A DNA stretch of 64,000 bases from NCBI GenBank assembly GCA_964016885.1, contig OZ024742.1, positions 65,100,001 through 65,164,000 on the forward strand, written 5' to 3'. This DNA is from Eledone cirrhosa (Eukaryota). Shown piece after piece: positions 1 through 10,710 of this stretch (the stretch's first letter is position 1; every line of letters starts with the position of its first letter). Under the pieces are notes generated by a model. That model was not told where the DNA came from. It made no database searches and saw only the letters and a program-made list of their open reading frames with translations. The position numbers were made by a program, and so were the translations under genes.

Positions 1-759
1 CTTTACTGTATTGGTTAGGCGCATGTTATCATGACACCAGCACTACTGTCAGCTGCACTATGTACCAGCAGATCATTTGGAAAATGCTGCATTTGATGGA
101 CTGGTTTTGCTATCAAGGGAAAAAATTTAACTTTCATTTTCTATGTGTTTCTGGGCAGAATACTATATTCTACATTACCACAGTAGTTCTCATGTGGTGT
201 GACAACTAAGTACCACTAAATTATCTGGGAATGTTACTTCATGTGAAAGGCTGCTGTGAAATTTTTTCCTCATCCTTTCTGTGAAGTTATTACACTCATC
301 ATCACCATTTTTACATCAACTTTTCCATGCTGGCATGGGTTGGACAGCACTTTTTATAGACAATATTTTACAGCTGGATGCCCTTCCTGACACCAACCCT
401 TTTAGTTGCTTCTAAAAACATGCACATGGCAGGGATATAGTGGACCAATTCTAAACTGGGTTCACATTATTTCTCTTCAGTTAGCTGTCAGAATGAATAG
501 GTACCACAGATTATCTGGGGATAAGCTAATATCCTATTCAGGGAGAATTTATATCTCATATGTTTAATATATGCATTATTTTCCTTACTCTGTGTTGATA
601 TCTCTCAGGTTGCCTGCTGTAACACAATTGTTTAGTTACTTCCTTAGAAACTAACATGAAGGGCTTTTTCCCAGTAGTCATTAGAAAATTCAAGGAATTT
701 TAAGAATTTTATATTCTCTATTGCTATCTTTCATGGCTGCTTCAGTTTATCAAGGTTTT

Positions 760-763
<4 letters not shown>

Positions 764-836
<73 letters not shown>
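764..836. repeat. (CT)n microsatellite
   Basis: Pure CT dinucleotide run; source of the ER-repeat ORFs at 731-1005. Confidence 0.95.
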
Positions 837-839
<3 letters not shown>

Positions 840-1915
840 TAATACACACACAGTCCACTGAAAATAATGATATGTGCATGAGTGGGGTAAGAGAAGTTGT
901 CTCTCTCTGTACAATCCACCTAAGGCTAACGATATACAGGAGTGACACTGGGAGATCTCTCTCTCTCTCATCACTCTGATTGATCGACAAGATCGCAGAC
1001 CTCATTCACTTGCCGAGTGGGGTTGACCTCATCAAATCAGACCAAGGAAAATATGTTTCCATTGGTCTTTCCATCGATGATACTATCTACCAGTCGCAAC
1101 TCCTGGCAGAAAGAGCACTGTGAAATAAAGTGTCTTGCTCAAGGGCACAATGCATCACCTGGTCTGAGAATTGAACTCATAACCTCATGATCGTGAATCC
1201 AACTCCCTAACCACTAAGCCACATGCCTTCACAATCCATTAAAGGTAGTCCACTAAAAATAGTGATGATATGTGAAAGTGAGACTGGGGGATGTCTCTCT
1301 CTTTTACCTACTACTGTCCAGTCGACTAAATGGTGAGACAGGAGTCTTAAGTCTCTTCTATTCTCATCATCATCATCATCTAGCATGGATTTCTCAATTG
1401 TGCAAGAGGCAGAGATAATGGCTTCTACCATTTCTATGTATTGATGAGATCAATAGCATTCTGAACCTCTTCAGATCACAAAGAATGGATATGGTATTAC
1501 ATAACAATGAAACATTTGTCAACTTCAGTGTTACTGTTAACTCTTTCATAACCTCATAACCATATATTTTTAATGAAAGACACTGACTATGATTTTTAAT
1601 TAATTTTGAAAATAATCAAGACTTTGGTAGGATTTAGTAATATAACTTTCTCATTATTAAACTGGTGTTTGGATCATAACTTCACAAAGTTTCTTACATA
1701 CAATTATTATGGAACATTTAAAAATAAATATGAAGGGTTTTGCATCCTAGAACTAGAGGCAGGTTCAGAAGGTTTTGTATCAAAAGTGAGAGAGAGCCAG
1801 AAAGAGAGGACTGTACCCACACTATTTCTGTGTGTTTTAGTAACTTTAATTAAACATCATATTGTTTTTTAAACCAGAAAATGATTATTAATGCATTGTT
1901 CTTTGTTTCCTGAAG

Positions 1916-1996
1916 ATGGCACCACACACTCAGTCTGTTGTCATGGCAACTAACTGGGACCGACCATATTCCAGAGAAACAGCAGCATTTCCTGCC
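1916..1996 (+). CDS. GLDC: Glycine decarboxylase (glycine cleavage P protein), penultimate coding exon
   Basis: ttcctgaag|ATG...GCC|gtaagt; 81 nt, phase 0/0; [27 protein letters not shown] contains the GLDC/GcvP C-terminal W-D-R-P-Y-S-R-E-x-A-A-F-P motif. Confidence 0.93.
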
Positions 1997-2278
1997 GTAA
2001 GTACTTCATTGATGAATTTTATTTATGATTCTAGTGATTCAGACCTATGATCAAATTTTTGAAGCACTGTATCTTGAATTGCATTCATCATCATCATTGA
2101 ATGGCATTAAATATCTGAGGCAGGTTTTCTATGGACAGATGCCCTTCCTGAGGACATCTGTTACTGCTAATGTTCATTGAACTGCTAAACTGTAAGATGT
2201 GTTATTTATGGTGATTATATACATACTTCTTTTTGTATAAATGGTGACAATGTGGCATTCATGGCATCTAACATACTC

Positions 2279-2320
<42 letters not shown>

Positions 2321-2956
2321 ATATAAACCAAGCCAAAATCAGTTCTATATGAGCAAGACATGGTCATCTGACCTTGACTCAAACCTGTCTAATCCATGCT
2401 AGCATGGAAAATGGATGTTAAACGGTGATGATATATATATGTGTGTGTGTGTGTGTGTATATATATTAGGAAGGGCATCCAGCCGTAGAAAACCTGCCAG
2501 ATAGTCCTATACAAACGAGACATGGTCACCTGACAAATCTTGCCTCAAGTGTGACAATTCCCGTCTAACCCATGCTAGCATGGAAGATAGACGTTAAATG
2601 ATGATGATGCACCTCTTACAACATGCAAGGATGTGGTGTGCCTATTCTAAACTGGATATATACTGTCATAAGTGATGTCTTTAATGTCTAGTTTTTATTT
2701 TATTCATGATACCTCAACATTAATTTTCCATTATGTAGCAATTGGATATTGTCATATTTATGCCTTTCACAAGGGTATTTCTATCATCATCATTGTTTCA
2801 ATGATGCTTTTACTCTACTAGTATGAGTTGGATAGGTTTGCACAATAGTATATCACCCACTGTTTTGATCCAGTGTCATCTCTTCAGTAAAGCCCAATAT
2901 CATGAAATCTAATTTTACTGCAACTTCTTCAAATCAACACTGGAACCATTATACTC

Positions 2957-3145
2957 AACCTGCTTGAAATACCAGCCAAATATTCCTTAAATCACAAAAA
3001 AGAAGGATGCAGCAAATCTTTAAAAAGTGAGGACACATTCGATAATGTAGTTGAAGAAATTGTAAGAATAAAAGACCAGATGTTCATAGCCAGTTTATCT
3101 TTGACCATGGGTCTGCTAGATTATGGCTGACCTGAGGTTAAATAA
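2957..3145 (+). mobile_element. Unclassified dispersed repeat ending in (AAC)n-like tail (SINE/LINE 3' end)
   Basis: Motifs acctgctagaaatagcagccaaat...tttgatcataggtctgct...gacctggggctaaacaacaac recur at ~32110-32305, 37795-37950, 39063-39225, 53915-54070, 55300-55463 (+) and ~54405-54540, 55835-55985 (-). Confidence 0.6.
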
Positions 3146-3302
3146 TAATATTATTAATATATTAATAACTTCTTAAATACTCAAAAGGACCCTGATTGAG
3201 CCCTCAAATATTTCTTCTCATCACACCATTCATGCACCTCAGTCAGAGAAGAATCAATTTCTTCCAAAAGCTGCAAGAATTTGTATGTCTGTTTGTCCGC
3301 AT

Positions 3303-3390
3303 CATTTGTGTATTATTCTATGTACTATATTGACGAGTTGTAGTGCACCTGAGCACTTTACACAATAATTTCATTATTATTATTATTATT
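3303..3390 (+). mobile_element. CR1-like LINE extreme 3' end with (ATT)n tail
   Basis: ttattctatgtactata...gagttgtagtgcacctgagcac...caataatttc(att)n matches the 3'UTR of the longer CR1-like fragments at 48384-48708 and 52660-53031. Confidence 0.8.
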
Positions 3391-3607
3391 GAATGCTATG
3401 GTTGACGGAGGCTCGGCTCTGTAAGGTATTGTAAATTTTGAACACTATAACAATTGTAAATTGTTTAAAACTTTAACGAACTTGTAGACAAAAACACCCT
3501 CCTCCTCGTGAGAGGGGTCTTTCTGCCCGTTATTTGGCCCTTCGGGGTTAAATAACTGCTTATTGGGGTTTTGTGCCCAATATTTATTTTAAACAAAAAA
3601 AAACAAC

Positions 3608-5686
3608 ATGGCTACGAAAAAGAATTTTCATAGGTCACTCCCACTCATTCCGTCTTCTTCTTCCTCAATCATCACTACAGCAGAGAGAAGATTGTCTCTC
3701 TCCCTCCCTTCTTTAAATGTGTCTCTCTCCCTCCCTTCTCTTTCGCAAGCGACGACAAAAAAGAAAAGTCTCGTGCAAAGCGTGCAAGATTTCTCCACGA
3801 CGACGACGACAACGACGAAACAGGTGTGCGGGAAATACGAAAACCCATTTCATTCGTCTGACGTCAGGAATAATAGCAGTAGCAGCCGTAATAACAACAG
3901 CAACAGTGACAATGAAAACAACAGTAGCAGCCGCAACAGCATCACCAGCAGCATAAACAACAACAGCATTAGCAGCAGCAACACCAACAACAACCACAGC
4001 AACAGCGGCGGAGGCAGTAGTCATAGTACCTGCAGCAACAACAAAAGTAACAGCAGCTCTGACGACAACAACAACAACAGCAGCAAAGAAAAACCAATCT
4101 CGTTTGCAGGTATCGCGAAGAACCTGGAAACAATCCTCATAACAAATGAGGAATTAGAGGAAGCGAAGAAGATGGTGACAAAAACTGGACACCAAGCAAT
4201 CTGCAAGGCAGCGGAAAAATTTTTAGAAACCTAACAGCACTGTACGGTCACGTACCGTACAGTAAGTACAAAATCCCGTAGGGTTGAAAGAGCCACAGAG
4301 GCTCAAATACAAAAAGCCTTGGGGTCTGTGTGGCAGCGGAAAACGCACATCACCCGAGGCAAAAAATATGCCACCGTAGACGTACTTTATGCCACACCCC
4401 AGGAGGCAAAGGCTCAATCCGTAGTGACCCTAAGGAGCGAGGAAATGGTGTTGGTGCCCTCCTACTGCGGGTAAAAAATTGTGAGGGTCAAACTGACCCA
4501 CGTCCTCCCCGGGATGGCCCCTTCTTGGCTGGCCGCGTCTGTCCTCGTCGGAATCGAGGACAAAACAACTGTACTGCAAGTACAGAAAAAAGTAAGAGAA
4601 GATTGGGTCGGCACCTCCATTGAGATGTTAATCCAAACCAACCAGGAGTGCATCGAAGCTATCACGGATGTGATAGACTTCGATAACGGCACTCAACTGC
4701 CCATAAGTGTTGAGGGCAAACGCCCGAAATGCTTTTGCTGTGGATCGAAGACTCACCTCAGGGCCTTCTGCAACGAGAAAACCCTGAGAAAGGAGAAAAC
4801 CCCCCTCCTTCCGAAACCGGCTCCACGGCTACCAGCAACAGAACAAGCGGCAACCAGGAACGATAGGTCCGTGGCACCCATACCCACGCCACGGAAATCA
4901 AAAACAGCAGCAGCAGTGGAAATATTAATACCAAATGCAGCTGCAACAGAGAGTCCAGTGCAAACATCACCAACAACAACAAGTGAAAGAGTGGAGCTGG
5001 TACCCCTCCCCGACCTCACAGAATCAGACATGGAGTGTGAGGTGGGAGAGGGATGGCAAAAGGTCGTAAGAAGGCACAAACGCAGAAGCAGCGCATCGTC
5101 GCCTTTGAAAAGGGAGGAAAGAAATGAGAAAAGGGTAAAGTCTACTGCAAAGAGACTCACAGCAGCAACACCATCACCACCCACACTAGCACCACCATCA
5201 CCACCGGCGACAACCCCACCGCCAACAACACCTTCAACACTACCACCACAAGCACCAACATCGCAAACACAACAACAAAACACACACACCCAGCAACAAC
5301 GACAAGAAAATAGCGGAACCACACCCCACCCCCAGAAAAACAAATGCACGGCAATAAATACACACAACAAGAAACTAATGACTTACATAATTGAACACAC
5401 AGACATTTCACAACACGACTACATAATACCAGCACCAATCAAAACGCCAACTAACATAAGACTGATAAAAATAGCACAGAAACAATACACAAACATTAAA
5501 ACGAAATTCCCCAACGCAGTTGGTGATTTCAGGGACCTAGGAGGAACTATCAATCGAAGAGTATATTCGGACATACTCATAGAAGAGCCGACGACCAGCC
5601 GAAGGGACGATTCAACGGTCCCTTCACCAGACGATCAAGTGAAAAGGGATGTAAAAACCATCCCTCCTCTACGAAAAGTACGGTAA
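3608..5686 (+). pseudogene. Tx1 copy A ORF1 (gag-like, CCHC zinc knuckle), two in-frame stops
   Basis: ORFs 3608..4234 and 4481..5686 are in the same frame. Reading through TAA 4232-4234 and TAA 4472-4474 aligns to copy B ORF1. CFCCGSKTHLRAFC = C-x2-C-x4-H-x4-C. Confidence 0.88.
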
Positions 5687-5721
5687 GTGGTCTTTCCCAT
5701 CTTTTCCACTCTATTTTAAAC

Positions 5722-8700
5722 ATGACCTCACTCAGAATAGGCAGCATAAATGCGCGTGGATTGGGGTCGTCATGGAAGCAGGGTCACCTGCTCAACGACC
5801 TCAGGTCACTAAACATAGATGTAGTGGCCATCAGCGAGACCAGAATCTCTGAAGCATGGGCCTTCGCACCGATCTTCGGCGGCTACGATGTGTACGCATC
5901 TCCCAGCCGTCCTGGATCGGGGGGAGGAGTTGCTGTGCTTTTTCGGAGAGGTTTGGATCTCGCCATACGGGCCATCTTCCTGGACCCAGAGGGTAAGCTG
6001 GTGGTGCTCGACGTGACCAGCGGAGACGGGCAAGCTTTCAGGCTAGTGGCCGTCTATGCCCCGACAGGAGCAGGGCGGCCTGATTTCTTCCGGCGTCTGG
6101 AGACCTTTCTTGGAACGTCCCGCTCTTTAGTGTTAGTGGGCGACTGGAACGGGATCTTAGATGCAGGCTGGGACTGTGTGGGATTAGCGGATAGGGGTGG
6201 AGGGTGCAAGAGCCTCACCAACCTGCTCAGGCGTTTTGAACTGTCTGACAGGTACCGATTGGATTTCCCGAATGTGCCAATGTGGACTTGGACAAATCGC
6301 ATAGGGTCATCCAGATCATATCTAGATAGAGTATTTTGTAGGGAAATAGATAGGTCTAGCATAGGCTGTCCACAATTCAAGATAGTCAGCTACACGGACC
6401 ACAAATTCGTGATCTGTGTGCTTGACTTAGATAGGCTTCATAGACGAGGACCCGGCTACTGGAAGCTAAACGCGTCCTTACCAGCGCGCAAGGCCTACAG
6501 AGACCGGATTAGCGAACTAGTTAAGCGGGCGTTGACGGGGGCCATCGTCAACAAGTGGTGGTTTGCTCTGAAAAGAGCGATTAGAATAGAATCCATTAGG
6601 TTTAGTAAGACTTTAGCAATAGAGAAAAATAGAGCAGAGGGAGAATTAGTTAGAAAATTAGACGAGGCGCTTAGCAAAGGCTTTGCGACCGACGTGCTTG
6701 CGGAGAAATTGGCCCTTGACCAATTCTTCAATGCAAAGCACGAAGGCTGCGCTGTCAGAGCAAGGGTGCGTGCTCTCAGACACGAGGGGGCGAAAGCCGT
6801 TCAATGGGCTCGAGTGGCGGAGGTGCGTCGTGGCAACAAAGCCACGATCCGGTCTTTGGTGGACCACGATGGGCGCATGCTACTCGATCCCGGGCAAATG
6901 TGTGAAGCTTTTCAGTGACACTTCGCTCAGCTGTTCGGGGGCAGCGGTGGGCCGGGTCGAAGGATGGACTTTAGTGTCTACCTCGACGGACTGCCGCGGC
7001 TCTCGGCCACTGAGGCGAAGTGTTGCGAAAAGCCGATAACAGCCGCTGAAGTACGGGAGGCAATGACTGGCTGCACAAGGGGTAAATCGCCTGGTTTGGA
7101 TGGTCTGCCCTATAAACTTTACGTACAGATGCCAGACTTGTTCGGAGGCCTCTTGGCGGACGTCTACTGCAACTGGCAACAGAAAGGGAGAATTCCCAGT
7201 TCTGTGAGCCGAGGAGCGGTGGCACTTCTGAGAAAGGATCCGAACAAGGGGGATAACATAGATAATTTCCGGCCCATAACTCTGCTAAACACAGAGTTCA
7301 AGATTTTGGCCAAGGTGCTAGCAAAGAGGTTGGCGCTTGTCGTTGGTGGTCTGGTGGGAGTGGCGCAGACATGCGCAATTCTCGACAGATCTATCCACGA
7401 CAACCTCCACCTCATGCGATACATCGTAGAGAGGGTAGCTAGGGAACCTGGCACGGGTGGGTCCTTGATAAATTTAGATCAGTCGAAAGCTTTCGATAGG
7501 GTCGACCATCGTTACCTAGCGGCAGTCCTGAGGGCGGCTGGCTTTGGGCCCGTCTTCAGAGGCTGGATCGCTGCCATGCACAGCGACATCTGCTCTGTGG
7601 TGAGAGTGAACGGTCACCTGTCGGAACCGTTCAACATCATGCGCTCGGTCCGCCAAGGATGTCCCCTCTCGTCCCTCTTGTACGTATTGACTCTCGAGCC
7701 ATTACTGCACAAACTGGAGACGTTGAGGGGCGTCCCGCGCGAACTAGGATGCGGAAGATCCGTGTCAGCATATGCCGACGATGTCACCGTAGTGGTGTCG
7801 AACGCCAAACACATCGAGGCGATTGGCACTACACTAAGAGAATACGAAGCGGTAACAGGAGCAATGATCAACCAGGAAAAGTCAGTGGGCCTGCAGCTCG
7901 GCACCTGGAAAGGCAGGTCCATGCCGTCCAACAGCGTCGTCGGACGCTGGACGGACGGACCGGTTAAATTGCTAGGGGTCTGGTTCGGTCCGGACCTCCA
8001 GACGGAGAAAAACTGGGACGAGGTGACGAGCAGGGTGGCTTCTCTCACCCAGAAATGGGCGGAGAGGAAGCTATCCCTGAAAGGTCGAGCGGAGGTGGCT
8101 AACGCGTACATCGCGTCTGTCATCTGCTACCGCCTGACCATCGTACCTTGTCCTAAGCCTCGCCTGACTGCGCTGGAGCGTTTGCTCTTTCGCTTTTTGT
8201 GGAAGGGACGCGCTCCGATGGTCAGGCGGTCCATCTGTTGTCAACACCCGCTACGTGGAGGGCTGGGCATGCCGTGGCTGATGATGCTCAGGCTACGACA
8301 TCTCCACCTCTTCCTCGACGGTGATCAGGTGTGGTCGCCGTTTGCTAGACACGTTTTTCCCCAGCTCGTTTCCTTGACGGAGCTGCAGTCCTGGGTCAAG
8401 CGAAGACCGAGAGGGAGCGCCTGGAGACTGGAATGTCTTCAGGCGCTCACAGCCCTCGACCAATCGGGCAATGTGATCGGTGGAAACTCCACCTCGGCGT
8501 TCTATAGAGGATTAGTGGAGGGGAAGAGCGACGACGTACTTGGGGAAACTCTAGGCGTTGACGAAAACCAACTAGCCATTCTCTTCGGAAGAACTTTCGG
8601 GCCGGGGCCTATGGACAACTTCCAGAAATCTCTGGCCTGGCAGTGCTACCGAGGAGCCTTGCCAGTTCGGGATAAACTCTACAGGCATGGAGGTGCCGTC

Positions 8701-9126
8701 AACCGGGCATGTCCGAGATGCGCGCAGGGCAACGAAACCGTCCTGCACGCACTCGTCCAGTGTCCGAAAATTGCTGACTTGTGGGTTTATGTCGAACACC
8801 TGCTGTCGCGTTTAGGACGGATCCGGCTATCATCTGAGTCCATCGTGAGGATTGCCCCGCCCTCCTCCTTTAGCCGGGAAGGGCAGGCAGTTTTTATCTG
8901 CCTGGTGGCCATGGCGAAAGAGATAGTATGGTGGACACGTTTGAAAGGGCTGAAGACGAGCACTTACCTCTTCGGTGATGCTCTGATTGACTTTTTCAAA
9001 TTTCATTTGAAAAGGAAAATCAGAGTAGAGAGGGAAGTGCTCTCTTCCCAGCATTTTGTTGAAAGATGGGTGAGAGAAGCAAGAATGGCCCGAGTGAATG
9101 GGCCTACTCTGAGTATATATCTGTAA
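5722..9126 (+). pseudogene. Tx1 copy A ORF2: APE endonuclease + reverse transcriptase + C-terminal Cys/His finger; one premature stop
   Basis: SINARGL, ISETR, GDWNG, YLDRVF, TDH (APE); KSPGLDG, FRPITLLN, DQSKAFDRV, RQGCPLS, YADD (RT); CPRC..ETVLHALVQC. TGA at 6916-6918 where copy B has CGA. Confidence 0.93.
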
Positions 9127-9393
9127 ATTAAAGGTGGAAAACTGGGAGAGGGCACTTGCCTTGGTGGTCAGGGTCATTGTGGCTTTTTACTGGGCTTTCT
9201 CCACAAATGTCCCTCGGAAGTCTCCCCCCTATTGGGGAATTTTTCATTGTTATTTTTGTTACATCCTCTGTTTTTGTTTTTTACACGCAGAAATGCCCAT
9301 TTGTACCGTCCTGCATTGTCCTGCACTGTCCTTAATGTCTACTTTATGTAAACCCTTGTGGTTAATAAAGAAATCATTATTATTATTATTATT

Positions 9394-10453
9394 TTTATTC
9401 CTTGAATCTCAGTCATTGATGTTGGTTAACTGGAAAGTCCGTTGGATTGAATATCAAGCCACTACCTGCAGCCTCAGATATTCAGGACGTATCGGAGGGT
9501 TCTTGCTGTTCCAAGCAAGCATGCCTTTTGAAGCGTTCCAAAAAGCGTGAAGGGGCCGATTTTCTTTAACCATCCCTGGAAACTTTTGGAGATAGTCCCC
9601 AGTGCGCCTATGACAATCGGGATCACTTTGACTTCATGGCAGTTCCAAATCCTTTTCACCTCCCACTTTAGGTCCTGGTATCGGTTAATTTTCTCCCTCT
9701 CCTTCTCTTGCACTCTCGTGTCGAACGGGCAGGCCACATCCACAATCAGACACAATCTTTTTTCTTTGTCCACAACCACCAGGTCAGGTCTATTGTGTTC
9801 CAGTTTTTTGTCCGTCTGTATCCTAAAATCCCACAGCACCTTCACCTGATTGTTCTCCATCACCGCCTCTGGCCTATGCTCATACCATTTCTCAGAATGT
9901 GGTAAATTGTTTACTTTGCACAGGTGCCAGTGGATCACCCTGCCCATCACATCGTGTCTCCAGCCCTTATAGTGGGTCTGGGCTAGGTGTTTACACTCGG
10001 ACACAATGTGAGCCACAGTCTCCTCTCTCTCTCCACAGATCCTGCACAGTGGGCTAGCCTCCTCCTTGTAAATATGGTGCTTCAACCACTTCGTTTTGAG
10101 GGCCTGCTCCTGCGCAGCCATTAGCATTCCTTCTGTAGCCTTTTTGAGGTCTCCTCTTCTCAACCAGTTCCATGTCTGTGGATCTCTAAATTCAGTTTTC
10201 TCAAAGAAGGTACTATGAAGGGATTTTCCCTTAAGGCTGCTCTTCCTCCTTGATGTTATTTCCTCCTTGGACATCCCCTGGCCTACTGTCCCCTCCTTCA
10301 GTACAGTTCTGAGCATTGGCTCCTTACTATAGGTCACGTATTTGTATAGGTTGTTTTTCTCCATCTGAACACAGTCCTCTATGCTGATAAGACCTCTTCC
10401 ACCCTCAGATCTCCTTAGGTAGAGTCTATCGACATCACTCCTCTTGTGGAACA

Positions 10454-10455
<2 letters not shown>
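9394..10455 (-). mobile_element. 5'-truncated R4/Dong-like non-LTR retrotransposon (RLE type) with (TAA)n tail
   Basis: Carries ORF 9474..10454, a short 3'UTR with AATAAA (9394-9399 on -) and (AAT)n on both sides. Confidence 0.85.
9474..10454 (-). CDS. C-terminal fragment of R4-clade ORF (end of RT/thumb, CCHC finger, PD-(D/E)xK restriction-like endonuclease)
   Basis: DRLYLRRSEGGRGL; AAQEQAL; CRIC..ETVAHIVSEC; RHD; WDF..TD..HNRPDLVVVD; DVACP; EKINRYQDL; IPIVIGALG. No internal stops over 326 codons. Confidence 0.88.

Positions 10456-10502
<47 letters not shown>
10456..10502. repeat. (ATT)n microsatellite separating the R4-like element and Tx1 copy B
   Basis: ~15 perfect ATT units; similar tracts at 3373-3390, 9376-9393 and 16364-16396. 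Confidence 0.95.
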
Positions 10503-10710
10503 GGCGACCTACTTAGTAAATCGTATCATCGTGAGCTCCGCAAAGGTTTGTTATTTCCGTTTGTTAAAAATTGTCATTTATGGAAAATTTTATTGTTAAC
10601 TGTTTATAAGCGCACATACATTGTTTTCCGAAAAGGACACCCAAAAAGATTGGGGCCTTGTGCCCAAAATTTTAACTTTTATTATTATCCAAAAATTTCT
10701 TTGAAAAAAA

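Larger units (their letters stand above)
3391..9375 (+). mobile_element. Full-length Tx1-like (L1/Tx1 group) non-LTR retrotransposon, copy A
   Basis: 5'UTR, ORF1 (CCHC knuckle), ORF2 (APE-RT-Cys/His finger), 3'UTR with AATAAA at 9364-9369; (ATT)n on both flanks. Confidence 0.92.

Noticed and set aside
731-1005. ER-repeat ORFs
   Set aside because: Translation of (CT)n/(AG)n.
6916-6918. Programmed read-through between APE and RT
   Set aside because: Copy B has CGA here; simple C-to-T decay at a CpG.
10653-10669. ggccttgtgcc shared between the Tx1 B 5'UTR and the SINE B 3' end
   Set aside because: Only 11-15 nt, at the wrong end for a SINE-LINE partnership, and not exact in copy A; likely chance.
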